57,305 nt of DNA from a virus (lineage: Duplodnaviria > Caudoviricetes), in the IMG/VR virus record IMGVR_UViG_3300021963_000150, positions 1 through 57,305 of that record, one strand, 5' to 3'. Positions 10,333-20,646 of the stretch are shown here, one piece after another (positions within the stretch are counted from its first letter, which is position 1; each line of letters starts with the position of its first letter). Made by a program: the position numbers and the translations under genes. The notes beneath the pieces are model-generated. The model was not told the DNA's origin. It saw only the letters and a list, made by a program, of their open reading frames with translations, and did not search any database.

Positions 10333-10758
10333 ATGGACGAAAGACGACAAGCACCGAAGCGAGAAGTAAAAGAGATTCTTCGCGTCGGTGCTTGGGGAAA
10401 CGTCAGGTATCAACACGTTCTCGAATGTGGACACAGCGAGTACAAGCCCCGTGCTTCACGAGCAACACGACTTGCGTGCCTGTGGTGCGTCAAGGCTGGC
10501 GAGAGAGAAGAAGAGTTGCGTGAACTCAACCCGCCACTTCCATCAGTCATTGCATCTTACGAAGATGACAACACGGCATCATCAGAGATTCAACTCAGTC
10601 GAGTGCGTGCCTCGCTCGCATCGAAAATGAAAGTCCCGCTAGAAGCCATTGAAATTGTCGCTTCCGAGAATCGTGGTGTGCTAGAAATAAAAGCGGCGTA
10701 CGTGTTCTTGTCCGCTGGGGACATCAGCAGACTTCTGGGGAAAGGGGAAATGGGATGA
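10333..10758 (+). CDS. hypothetical protein (possible Zn ribbon)
   Basis: LECGH...CLWC. Confidence 0.6.
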   Translation: MDERRQAPKREVKEILRVGAWGNVRYQHVLECGHSEYKPRASRATRLACLWCVKAGEREEELRELNPPLPSVIASYEDDNTASSEIQLSRVRASLASKMKVPLEAIEIVASENRGVLEIKAAYVFLSAGDISRLLGKGEMG

Positions 10759-11060
10759 GTAATCCCCCAATCAATGGGGCTTGCAAAGGACAACCAACCG
10801 AATGGTGGTTTCCCTGTGCTAGCAATCGTGACTCTGCCAAGAATCGCAAAGAGGCTCGCGATGGTGCCGTCAAAGCGATTCAGATTTGCAACTCCTGCTC
10901 CATCCGTGAGGAGTGTCTTGCCTACTCCCTGGAATGGGAGCCGGTGGGCATCTGGGGCGGTATCCCCGAAAACCACAGAGACAAGATGCGACGCAGGCTT
11001 GGCCTGAGGATACTTCGTCCAACGCTCGCCGACGTCCTGGGGTATCCGTCCCGTGTTTGA
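10755..11060 (+). CDS. whiB: WhiB-family transcription regulator
   Basis: ACKG...WFP, CNSC...C, GIWGG. Confidence 0.9.
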   Translation: MSNPPINGACKGQPTEWWFPCASNRDSAKNRKEARDGAVKAIQICNSCSIREECLAYSLEWEPVGIWGGIPENHRDKMRRRLGLRILRPTLADVLGYPSRV

Positions 11061-12879
11061 GCACACATCTGACTTACTTGCTCGCCTAGATGGAGTTGTA
11101 AAGACGGGCAACGGATGGGACGCTAGGTGTCCTTGTCGCAACGATGACAAAATTCCGTCGCTTTCGGTTCACGAGAAACCCACAGGGCAGATTCTTGTGT
11201 ATTGCCACAGAGGTGGAGGGTGTAATGCTTCGCAAATTTGTGATTCATTAGGCATCTCCATGGCCGACCTCATGCCTCCGTCAGAGATGGCGCACGCAAT
11301 CGATACATACCCAACAACGAAGTCCTCAACGTACAACGGTGGTGGAAAGGAAAAGAAGAAACTTCGTTTCGTCGCCGAGTACAACTACTTCGACGCAGAC
11401 GGGACTCTTGCCTTCCAGAAGCGCCGATTCGTAGACGAGGATGGGCGCAAAACCTTCCGTCAGCGCCGACCCGATGGACAGGGCGGTTGGATTAGCACAC
11501 TGGGAAGCATCCCCCGAATCCTGTACAACCTACCGAATGTCCTCAAAGCAAAAGCCAATGGCGAAGAGATTTGGGTCGTTGAGGGCGAAAAGGATGCCGA
11601 CACCCTGAACTCAATGGGGGTCGTTGCGACAACCATGCCCAATGGTGCTGGTTCATGGAGCGACATACATACCGAAGCGCTTGCTGGCGGAATCGTCTTG
11701 GTAATTGCTGACAATGACGAACCGGGACGTAAGCACGCGGCACAGGTGCTGAGCGAACTCCAAAAGGCTGGCTGTGATGTTCAGGCATACAGTCCACCAA
11801 GATGTAAAGACATTACCGACTTCATCAACGATGGCGGGCACACGGATGAACTCGTCAGATTTATCCCGTCAGAAGATGACCAAGCCCCGATGGAGGCTGA
11901 GGAACATCCAGACGATGAGAGCGATGACTACGAGGAGGAGACTCGTGGCGTACCTCGCGTCAACAGCGACGAGACACTCGAGCGACTTCGTGACCTCCTA
12001 GACCGCCCAGACCTCTCTACGGCGACACTCCTGATGAAGGCATCGTCCATCATCAGTTCGGCAACGACGCAGATGCCACTCAACCAAGGACGGCTGGTCA
12101 ACTGGGACAAGTTCGTCAACGAAACGGATGTCGACAACTACGACTGGCTAATCCCGGGACTACTGGAACGTCGTGAGCGAGTCATTGTTGTTGCGGCAGA
12201 GGGCGTTGGTAAGACCATGCTTGCTCGGCAGGTGGCTATCACTACGGCTTGTGGAGTTCAGCCATTCTCCTTTCAGCGAATGCCACCCATCACGACCCTG
12301 ACGATTGACCTAGAAAACCCCGAACGAATCATTCGTCGGTCAACAAGAACCATCATGGGGGCATCCAAGAGTTTGGGCTATTGCTTGGAGCCCCGTGCGC
12401 ATCTTGTCATCAAGCCAGACGGACTCAACCTGCTCGATACCGCCGACAAGTTGTTGTTGGAGTCCTACATGGAACAGATAAAGCCCGACATGCTCATCTT
12501 GGGGCCCCTGTACAAGGCGTTCCTAGACCCCGGCAACAAGACGTCGGAAGCGGTTGCCATTGAGGTCGTCAAGTATCTGGACACCTTGCGTGTGTACTTC
12601 GACTGCGCCCTGTGGTTGGAGCACCACGCCCCTCTTGGCGAGTCACAGACGTCCCGTAATCTGCGACCCTTCGGTTCAGCCGTGTGGTCACGCTGGCCCG
12701 AATTTGGTCTTGCTTTACAGCCAGACCCGACTGCTGTGGGAGAATATGTGTATGACGTCAAGCATTTCCGTGGAGAACGAGACGAGCGTTACTGGCCCGT
12801 CAAGATGAAGCGTGGAAAGTCTGGCAAGTGGCCCTTTGAGACCATTGAGTACAAGAAGGTAGGAGATGGCGGACCGTAA
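11053..12879 (+). CDS. DNA primase-helicase (Zn finger + TOPRIM + RecA/AAA_25 helicase)
   Basis: CPC..D..PSL, VEGEKDAD, ADNDEPG, AAEGVGKT. Confidence 0.9.
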   Translation: MFEHTSDLLARLDGVVKTGNGWDARCPCRNDDKIPSLSVHEKPTGQILVYCHRGGGCNASQICDSLGISMADLMPPSEMAHAIDTYPTTKSSTYNGGGKEKKKLRFVAEYNYFDADGTLAFQKRRFVDEDGRKTFRQRRPDGQGGWISTLGSIPRILYNLPNVLKAKANGEEIWVVEGEKDADTLNSMGVVATTMPNGAGSWSDIHTEALAGGIVLVIADNDEPGRKHAAQVLSELQKAGCDVQAYSPPRCKDITDFINDGGHTDELVRFIPSEDDQAPMEAEEHPDDESDDYEEETRGVPRVNSDETLERLRDLLDRPDLSTATLLMKASSIISSATTQMPLNQGRLVNWDKFVNETDVDNYDWLIPGLLERRERVIVVAAEGVGKTMLARQVAITTACGVQPFSFQRMPPITTLTIDLENPERIIRRSTRTIMGASKSLGYCLEPRAHLVIKPDGLNLLDTADKLLLESYMEQIKPDMLILGPLYKAFLDPGNKTSEAVAIEVVKYLDTLRVYFDCALWLEHHAPLGESQTSRNLRPFGSAVWSRWPEFGLALQPDPTAVGEYVYDVKHFRGERDERYWPVKMKRGKSGKWPFETIEYKKVGDGGP

Positions 12880-13501
12880 CCCCCAAGTGATGACAAAGGA
12901 GTTTCTCGCAGAACGGGACCTCCGCATATTCAAGCAGCGCCAAGCCGGTGTGCCTATTACCGACATCGCAAAACGATTCGGCGTAACAACCGCTGTCGTC
13001 AACAAGGCAATCCAGCGACAGTTGGACAAGTTGAACCGTGAGGCGTTTTTGGCGTTTCCTGAGGTTCTTCGCATGGAACTTGAACGCCTAGACAGCCTCC
13101 AGTCGGCTATCTGGCCCCTTACCCAGCACAGGAAGGTAACTCTGGATGACGGCAGTGAAGTCACCGTTGAGCCAGACCTCAAGGCAATTCAGCAAGTCTT
13201 GTCCATCATGACTGCCCGCTCAAAGTTGTTGGGGCTTGAGCAAAACAATGTCAACATTCAGATGGATGTCAACTCGAAGCAGGAAATCAAGGCATCTCTC
13301 GCCGGGGCTACGGAGACATTGGCCATCGATGCCTTTGACCCAGAGGTTGAGGCGCGGGCCCTATTGGAAATCATGGGACGAACTGGGGTCATGCCCGCTG
13401 ATGTGGTTGCAAGTATCCTCGGGCAAGAAATAGAGCAACCCTCCCACCAGCCAATACTTGCTGAGTTAGTATCAGGAGAGGAGGTAGATGACAATGAGTG
13501 A
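12866..13501 (+). CDS. HTH protein, possible terminase small subunit
   Basis: N-terminal HTH and the ELERLD.LQ...W...AI..VL.IM..R.KLLGL pattern seen in actinophage HTH/TerS-like proteins. Confidence 0.55.
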   Translation: MADRNPQVMTKEFLAERDLRIFKQRQAGVPITDIAKRFGVTTAVVNKAIQRQLDKLNREAFLAFPEVLRMELERLDSLQSAIWPLTQHRKVTLDDGSEVTVEPDLKAIQQVLSIMTARSKLLGLEQNNVNIQMDVNSKQEIKASLAGATETLAIDAFDPEVEARALLEIMGRTGVMPADVVASILGQEIEQPSHQPILAELVSGEEVDDNE

Positions 13502-13874
13502 TGTGCGATTCCCACCAGGAACCCCCAATGCCAACCAGTTCGCCGAAACAGTCCCGACCGCAACGCCAACCGAGCAAGACAACCTAAAAGCCGCCGTAAA
13601 TAAACTTGCGGAAACGATAGACATGTCAGTGTCCGCAGTTGTCGGCGAAGATGGCCCGACAACAAAGCAGATTATTGTTCGTACAACCGATGACGACCAT
13701 GAAAGATGGAAGCGTGCATCTCAGCGGGACGGCAAGAGTATGTCGCAGTTCATCCGTGAAGTCGTAAATAGCCGTGTGTCAGAGATTCTTGACTGCCAGC
13801 ATCCGACCAACATGCGTCGGTATTACCCGTGGGCAGAGTTCTGCCTCAAGTGTAACTCTCGCCTACGAGGATGA
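13494..13874 (+). CDS. RHH-like DNA-binding protein
   Basis: IIVRTT...ERWKRASQRDGKSMSQFIRE. Confidence 0.55.
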   Translation: MSDVRFPPGTPNANQFAETVPTATPTEQDNLKAAVNKLAETIDMSVSAVVGEDGPTTKQIIVRTTDDDHERWKRASQRDGKSMSQFIREVVNSRVSEILDCQHPTNMRRYYPWAEFCLKCNSRLRG

Positions 13875-14075
13875 TTCCTCGGATTTACTGAAATCGGTAA
13901 TGGAGTCCCGAGCCTGAGTTACTAGCGTCTGAGCATCTTCTTCGGAAGTTCCAATGGCTACAGCGATGTCGGCGTACTCCATGTTCATTGCGTCTCGCAT
14001 AATGAACGCTTGCCTCTGCTCATCTGGGAGCGACTTGATGGCAAGGGTCAATTCCTCTGCGGTCTTGTTTTCCAT
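13863..14075 (-). CDS. stand-alone ECF sigma-70 region-4-like protein
   Basis: AIKSLPDEQRQAFIMRD...MEYADIAVAIG...QAR; no region 2. Confidence 0.75.
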   Translation of the reverse strand: MENKTAEELTLAIKSLPDEQRQAFIMRDAMNMEYADIAVAIGTSEEDAQTLVTQARDSITDFSKSEESSS

Positions 14076-14103
14076 GCCCGCACACTAGCACGAGCGGGAC
14101 CTG

Positions 14104-14274
14104 CTAGCGGCTGCGACCTTGCCCGCGATAGGGCTTTTTGTAATTCTTTGACGACTTCAACTGAGATGTCCCACGCTTGGCGTGGACGCCCTTTCTGTTC
14201 ACGGACTCGTCAATAACGACAACCGAGGGGGCGCTTGATTTGACTGTCTTTTTCTGAGGTGCTGGTTTAGCCAT
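14104..14274 (-). CDS. 56-aa basic phage protein (KxYRGQG type)
   Basis: below cutoff; MAKPAPQKK...SSKNYKKPYRGQGRSR. Confidence 0.55.
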   Translation of the reverse strand: MAKPAPQKKTVKSSAPSVVVIDESVNRKGVHAKRGTSQLKSSKNYKKPYRGQGRSR

Positions 14275-14488
14275 ACCCCATTGTAGTCGATTAACTGGAG
14301 TCCCGTTAGCAGGGGTTCACCCCCTCCCCCGCGATACGCATGGACTCGCATCTGTCGCCGAGGTGTGCGCCCGACGGCTCACAACTGACCAAGGGGGAAG
14401 GGGAGGACGACTCCTTCGGCCGAAAGGAGGTGACCGGCAGGCTCCCTGCTGTCGCCCTTATGCGACAGTCAGGGTAGCACAGCCCCGC

Positions 14489-15034
14489 GGTTCACTCTGC
14501 TAAAGCGGTTCTCTCCAGTTGGTCGGCTCGTTCCAAGGTCCTGGTTCTCTAATTTCGAGCGACTCGCACTACGTCATTGGTTCTCTTGGGTCTGATGGCT
14601 CACTCTATCAAGACGGTTCTCTCTGAAGCCCCGGTTCGTTCGCCCTACGTGGTTCTCTCATCGGCTACGACTCACTCCTTGTTCACGGTTCTCTCGCACT
14701 TCCTGGCTCGCTCATGATTGACGGTTCTCTCTGAAGCCTAGGCTCGCTTCAACTGCATCGGTTCTCTCACCACCTGCGGCTCGCTCTGTGAACGTGGTTC
14801 TCTCACTCTTCTCGGCTCGTTCATCCTCAACGGTTCACTCGTTCTTCGGGACTCGTTCGGGTGGCACGGTTCTCTTCACGCTGACGACTCGCTCTCGGTG
14901 TACGGTTCTCACTAGCACTGCGGCTCACTCAACGGTGTTGGTTCTCTTTACCATGTCGGCTCGCTCGCTCCTTTGGGTTCTCTCGCCGGAACCGGCTCGC
15001 TCGTCGGTGAATGGTTCTCTCACAGTCTCGGCTA
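14489..15034 (-). ncRNA. TIGR-type dual-repeat guide RNA array, 15 units of ~36 nt
   Basis: + strand GGTTCTCTC-like at 14507,14543,14579,14615,14651,14687,14723,14760,14796,14832,14868,14904,14940,14976,15013, alternating with G(G/A)CTC(G/A)(C/T)TC; unique ~9-nt spacers; same repeats abut the Tas-like gene. Confidence 0.9.
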
Positions 15035-15078
15035 TTCCTCACACCATACAGACTCCATTGAGTAATGACAACCCGTGG

Positions 15079-15297
15079 CTACCTTTCGCTCACGAGACCG
15101 TCGTGGTCTGAGTCGGGGTCGGACAGATAGTCCCGTGCCCGCTCGCCCGCCTTGACCACAAGGTAGCCAACTGCGAGGGGGACGACGACCCACCAGTTCA
15201 CCAACCCACCCAACCAACGGCTCGTGGGGGCGAATACGATGAGGGCGAATACGACCGCCATCTTGTGCGTCCAGATGAATCTTGCGATGTTCTCCAT
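15079..15297 (-). CDS. small membrane protein leading the array transcript
   Basis: MENIARFIW... starts at the motif ATG; its 3' part is duplicated at 1-87. Confidence 0.65.
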   Translation of the reverse strand: MENIARFIWTHKMAVVFALIVFAPTSRWLGGLVNWWVVVPLAVGYLVVKAGERARDYLSDPDSDHDGLVSER

Positions 15298-15927
15298 ACT
15301 TCCTCTGTCCCCGTCACCCCCGTAAGGATTTGGGGCAGGGGGCGAACCCCCACCCCGTAGGGTCACCCCTTGATGATGTCACCATCCCAAATCGCTCGTT
15401 CCGCGCAACCGTTTCCTCGGAGCGAACCACACAAGGCGATGCTCCCATCGGTCACTGCGTCGTCTGCGTGGCACGGGTGTCCGCACTCATCGCACATAAC
15501 GGGTTCTTCCACATCTTGGTAGTAGTTGGTGTTCATGCCTACTCTGTCCCCACCCAACCAGTATGGATTTCCACAACCGCCTGTGGATAACAATTAGTGC
15601 TAATTCGCAAGCGTTGCTAACTTACCCGTGGGTAACTTGTATGATGCAAGTATCTTGTTACGCCTTACAGGGCACAACAAAGTCCCGCTCGAGTCGAAGC
15701 CTCAACACTTTACGGTGGCGGAAAGCGACACGCAGATAGATTCAGTTGGACACCTTATGCCCACTTTCGGTGTAGATAGATTCAGAACGAGGAGCATCTC
15801 GCCTCGAAGCACGGGACTTCTCCCCGAACTCGAGGGCGCGGCAAATCTCAAATCTCCTCAACGGCAAAAAGAATAAAAAAACAGTGTGAGTCCAAATCCT
15901 TAGAGGGAGAGACGAGACAGAATAAGC

Positions 15928-16098
15928 ATGGACACCGACGACATCCTTGACCAGATACTTCGCCCACTCACCGAGTGCTGTGGACGAATCCCAACGAACC
16001 ACCTCGCAGACAAGCGGTACTGCCACTACTGCGAGATGAGCGCAGAGTGGTGCCAGTGCGATACGCAGGACATCTGCCAATGCGAGGGGGACAAGTGA
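15928..16098 (+). CDS. Cys-rich small protein
   Basis: starts at plus-strand motif ATG; MDTDDILDQ...CQCEGDK. Confidence 0.55.
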   Translation: MDTDDILDQILRPLTECCGRIPTNHLADKRYCHYCEMSAEWCQCDTQDICQCEGDK

Positions 16099-16956
16099 GC
16101 CTAGACACCTTCCTCTGCCTGCTACTGGGTACCGCCACAAGCATCCCGTGCGGATGGTTCTTCATCAGAATCGCCGACCACATCTCTGGGCAAAACAAAC
16201 TCTGGGGCAAGTAACCACGAGCGGGGCTTCGCCACTGTCGGTGGTCACTACACGTCTTAGATAAATCTACACGAACGTGTTTTATGGGGGGCGGATGACA
16301 TCAAATCTCACGGAAAGTGAAAACGCCGGGAAATTCGCGGGCTTTTCGCCTTTGTTTCGCCTCTCTCAGTAGTCCCGCAGCGTCGCCCCAGCGTGTCCTA
16401 CCGAACTCAACTCTTGATTCCACACTCACTCAGGGTGGTCAATCGGTGTTTATCATCACTCCGAGTGGTATTGAGTAAGGTATGAGGAATGGTGTGTGGT
16501 GTGTGGTTCCCCCCATGAACTGCGAGCCAGAGGTCGGCTGATGTGGGAGTCCCGGGACGACCCCCAGACCCGCACGGTGATGTCTCTGTCCCTCGGGGTT
16601 CTCTTCTCCCCCTCTATGTCTCTCCCTCTGTATCTACCGCCTTCGTTATCCGTTGAGGAAGTAAAAGCGCCCATTTGTCTACGAGGAGTTGCACCGAGAC
16701 GGGACTAACCCGCACTACGGTGACAGGGATGGAGCATGATGAAATCGCTAGTCGCCTTGACCGCCTAAATGCCGACCTAGCCCGCCTAGAGGATGTCATC
16801 GGCACGGTCTACGAGGAAGTTCTTCGCCTTCGAGCCGATGTCTCGGGGACGGAGCCCCGCGGTCGACGCTGGGAAGTGTCCTCGGTCAAGTGGTTCCCCC
16901 CGATGCCCGATTGACGGGCGAGTGGGGGGAGGGTCTCCCCTGCCCCCCGTGACCCG

Positions 16957-17127
16957 TCAGAGCCAATCGAAAAGGTCCCCGTCGGCGATTTCGGAGTAGT
17001 CGAGGTCATTCGCATCGGCGATTGCCTGCCAGACCGCATCCTCCGTGACGGGGGAATCCCAATCAACGTAGTCCTGCCAATCCTTGCTCGGCGTGGGGGT
17101 GGGTTCGGTGTCATGTGAGTGTTCCAT
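16957..17127 (-). CDS. small acidic protein
   Basis: motif-defined start; MEHSHDTE...GDLFDWL. Confidence 0.55.
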   Translation of the reverse strand: MEHSHDTEPTPTPSKDWQDYVDWDSPVTEDAVWQAIADANDLDYSEIADGDLFDWL

Positions 17128-17211
17128 ACCTACTCTGTCTCATCCTCTCGGATAAGGATTTAGGCAACACGCTGGACAAATCCTTACTGGCACGTCGGGG
17201 ACAGACTAGGC

Positions 17212-17421
17212 ATGAGCCACTACCTAGAAATCAACGACACACTGACCGGTGACCTACTGGACATCATCCCGTTCTGCTCGGACTACTGCCACTATTGGTA
17301 CTGCCACGAGAACAACGTGGAGTACGGGGGATGGAACGGGTGTCACGAGCATCCCTACGACGACGAGTGCCGTGAGTGTGGCACTCTCATCAAGGGGCTC
17401 GAGCAGGCGGTTGCCTGCTAA
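17212..17421 (+). CDS. Cys-rich hypothetical protein
   Basis: motif-defined start; FCSDYC and CRECG. Confidence 0.65.
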   Translation: MSHYLEINDTLTGDLLDIIPFCSDYCHYWYCHENNVEYGGWNGCHEHPYDDECRECGTLIKGLEQAVAC

Positions 17422-18396
17422 CCCCCCCCGCCACGGTTCTGCCCACACGCAACAGCAAGTGAGCGTGCGGGACGTGCCCGCCCGTGCCGTCGCCCCTATC
17501 AAGGGTGATAGCACGGGCATTTGGCGTTCTGAGCAGGGATTATAGCGAATACGCTCTCCGAGTAGCCAGAGCCAGCGTCACCCCTGCCCCCACCCGTGTC
17601 GACGCCGGACGTCCCGTGGTCGACTCGAGCCGCCACAACTGTGGGTCATTTCCAAAATTTGCCGATTGAGCAGGGGTGATGGCAGTGATAGCAGGGCTTC
17701 GAGGAAGACGGGACTATCCCATGCTGAGCGTGGGTGCTGTGGTTGTGGGGGTAAATAGAGAACCGGAGAGGCTTATCCAGCCCCTCCGGTGGCGAGGAAT
17801 CGCGTTCCTAATGCCCGTGTGGGCTATGTTGCCTGTCCGACTACTTGCGGACGAGGGAACGGACGACCGCGTGTTTGGCGCGAGCGAACAAGCCGAGCGA
17901 AACGCCCATGACCCAGTGTCCGTCATCCTCCTGTACGGCTTCGTACCGAGTGAAAAGGTTCATCATCACCTCCTACTGATTCTGTCCCCAGAGGTCGGGT
18001 ATGGATTTCCACAGAACAAGTGTTCGCGAGTCCCGTACGGAGAATTTGTCGCCGAGGACAAGTTGTCAAGCCATCTAGCAGGGATTATGTAACAATGACA
18101 AATTTGACGAACGGTCTACTGCCGAAAATCGGGGTCGGAACTGCCGTCTGATGGGGTGATAGCACCGGACGGGACTCTCCCGAGGGGGTTGAGTGGGGGC
18201 GAAAGCAGGGTATGGAGGAGCCCCGCTCTCGCCCCCGTGTGGGGGTCGGGCGTGTTGTGGAGGCGGTCACCCGACCGCACGAGCGTTGTGGGGGCTTCTG
18301 CCCCCCGTCCCCGTGGGGGCACTTCGGGGTCACACTCCCCGTTCTGTTGCCACGCCTCATCGGCGCCGACTCTCAGTCAGACGGCTTTACAGGCTC

Positions 18397-18534
18397 TTAG
18401 ACCAGCAGTTCGGCGATGAACCGTGCCACCGTCGCCCGAAGGGCGCTGGAGCCGGTTCTACCGTGCTGAGCCTCAGCCTGCGCCAGAGTAGCCAGCAGTT
18501 GCTGAGCCATCTGGAGCCGGAAGGACTCGCTCAT
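18397..18534 (-). CDS. 45-aa helical peptide, paralog 1 of 3
   Basis: MSESFRLQMAQQLLATLAQAEAQHGRTGSSALRATVARFIAELLV; SD GGAGGTG. Confidence 0.7.
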   Translation of the reverse strand: MSESFRLQMAQQLLATLAQAEAQHGRTGSSALRATVARFIAELLV

Positions 18535-19482
18535 TCTTTCACCTCCATGCCTACTCTGTCCCCGTGGGGTAGGTAAGGATTTCCACAACCCTGTGGATAA
18601 CTTGAACCAGCCCTGTGGATAAACCTCAACGAACTTCGCACCCGCGCCCGCAGACGCGGGACTAGGAATACACGGCTAAGCAATACGGTGGCGGAAAGGA
18701 ACCACGCCTACCTGTCACAACGACCGAGTTCATCGGAGATGAGTCGTGATAGCACGAAGTATTCCCCCTCAAGTCTGGAGACGACCGAGTCCCGCTCGAT
18801 GTAGCCCAGATGTGGCGACCTACGAGTGAGGTCAAGAAGTTCAGCCGTCAAAGACACCAACTGTGCGGCGAGGTCTTCGAGGGAGGCGGGACTGGGCATC
18901 CCGTTGAGATTAGTTCAGTCGGGTCGCTCCGACTGGGAGCCACCAACGACAACCAACTCAATGCTGTCGCAGTCAATGTCGTGACCCCACATTCCTCGCC
19001 TGAACCCGTCAAGAAGGTCGGCGATGAAGTCCCGCGCTCGACGCTCCTCGCCGAAGAAGTGGGCGCACTCGGCTTTGGTGTAGTAGCGGTCGGCGTAACG
19101 GGTGTATGAGACTTTGTAGCGCATGACGGGGCTCCTGTCGTAATGATGGCACACGGAGAGAGGGGGCTTGCGCCCCCACCCCCGTCGTTCAGGCTGGCTC
19201 GGTGATTGCCTCGTACCAGTCGGCACCGCAGTCGTCGCAGATGAGTCCGTAGTCCTCTCCGCAGTCGTTGATGTCGTCGGTGGTTCCGCAGAACCGGCAG
19301 GTGTGTTCGTTGTTCTCCATACCTACTCTGTCTCCCGTGGCACGGTAAGGATTTGGGAATACTTGCGTACGCCAAATGTATGTCATCGGTATGTTTGCTG
19401 GCCTATCAGGCCCGTGCCAAACAGGCCGACCCACACGGGCCGGAGCCGTGGGCCGGAGGCCGAAGCCCCCGACCCGACCGGC

Positions 19483-19716
19483 TCAGAGGTTCCGGTGAAA
19501 GTCCCACTCTTGCCCGACAGCATCCTGTGCCATCTGGAAGAGCGTTCCCTCAACGAGTCGCAGGATGTCCTTGACTGTGGGGTCGTCGGAGAACCGAGCG
19601 ACATTCAGGTAGGCGTTCTCGGCCCAATCCTGAGGGTTCGCCCCATTGTTCTCCAAGATGGTGGTGATGGCTTGCTTGATGAGTGCCTCCGGTGCGGTCG
19701 GCAGGTTGATGTTCAT
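19483..19716 (-). CDS. hypothetical protein, paralog of 26958-27176
   Basis: MNINLPT..EALIKQAITTILE vs MSINWPT..EALKQVITAILD. Confidence 0.65.
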   Translation of the reverse strand: MNINLPTAPEALIKQAITTILENNGANPQDWAENAYLNVARFSDDPTVKDILRLVEGTLFQMAQDAVGQEWDFHRNL

Positions 19717-19844
19717 GCCTATCCTGTCCCCCGTGGCAAGGTAAGGATTTCCACAGAACAGATGTTCGCCTGTGGACAAACCTGTGGACAAACCTCAACG
19801 AAGTTCACACATCAGTCGCCCGTGCGACGGAAGTCCCGTCCGCT

Positions 19845-20312
19845 CGAGAGCGAAGTAAATGCGTCAAGCACACACGACATTTGCGTTCGAGGTCGTCGAA
19901 ACCCGAGTGAACCACAGCAGTCGACGAAGACGGGACTCTCGTTACTCATCTCGAGGGGGTGTCGTTACTAATCTCGAGCGGTGACTCGACGCCTCGAGTG
20001 CCCCATGTCGACTCGTGGGCAGTCCCGGGACGGCTCGATGACTCGATGACTCGAGCGCTCGAGCGGTCGGGCGGTCGAGTGGGCAGTCTTGGAATGGCTC
20101 GAGTGGTCGAGCGGTCGATGACTCGAGCGGTCGACATGACTCGTCGAAAAAAGACGGGACTGGACGGACTCGAGCGCAGTTGCTGAGTGGTCGAGTGGTC
20201 GAGTGGTCGAGGACTCGAGTGGTCGAGTGGGCAGTCCCGGGACGACCCGACTCGAGCGGTCGATGGCTCGAGCGGTCGATGGCTGACTCGACTCGATGAT
20301 TTGGTTGCTCGA
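19845..20312. repeat. TCGA/CTCGAG-saturated non-coding low-complexity tract
   Basis: >30 TCGA in ~470 bp, in units such as CTCGAG(C/T)GGTCGA. Confidence 0.85.
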
Positions 20313-20505
20313 GCGAGAAGACGGGACTTTCCCGTCAAAACGCAAAAAACCGCCCGTGTGGGGCGGTGTGTCTGCTGATGTTGTGTTCGGCGGGTTTCAC
20401 CCGACCAGCCCGCCGAGGGTCGTCCTCCGTCCCCCCTGCGGGCTACCGCTTCTGTTGCCAAGGCTCCGTGCCTCCGAGTCTCACTCAGAATCCGCTGTGG
20501 GGCTA

Positions 20506-20646
20506 CTAGGCGAGCAGGGTAGCCACGAAGCGAGCCACCGTCGCGCGAAGCGCGGTGGTCGCCGTGCGACCATGCACGCGCTCAGCCTCAGCGAGAGTAG
20601 CCAGCAGTTGCTGAGCCATCTCCAAGCGGAACGACGTACCGTTCAT
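20506..20646 (-). CDS. 46-aa helical peptide, paralog 2 of 3
   Basis: MNGTSFRLEMAQQLLATLAEAERVHGRTATTALRATVARFVATLLA. Confidence 0.7.
   Translation of the reverse strand: MNGTSFRLEMAQQLLATLAEAERVHGRTATTALRATVARFVATLLA

Noticed and set aside
14931-14939. Spacer aacggtgtt self-targeting the ACGGTGG motif
   Set aside because: Only a 6-7-nt match, and the partner spacer does not match the flanks
14489-15034. CRISPR array
   Set aside because: Repeats and spacers are only 9 nt, two repeat types alternate, and no cas genes are present; this fits the TIGR architecture instead
14788-15111. 107-aa ORF or GSLxxx repeat protein over the array
   Set aside because: In-frame stops (e.g. TGA at 14624) and 1-nt indels break the frame across the array; the ORF is a by-product of the repeats
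19946-20461. Overlapping ORFs across the TCGA tract
   Set aside because: Low-complexity Ser/Arg translations in several frames, with no RBS or promoter motif
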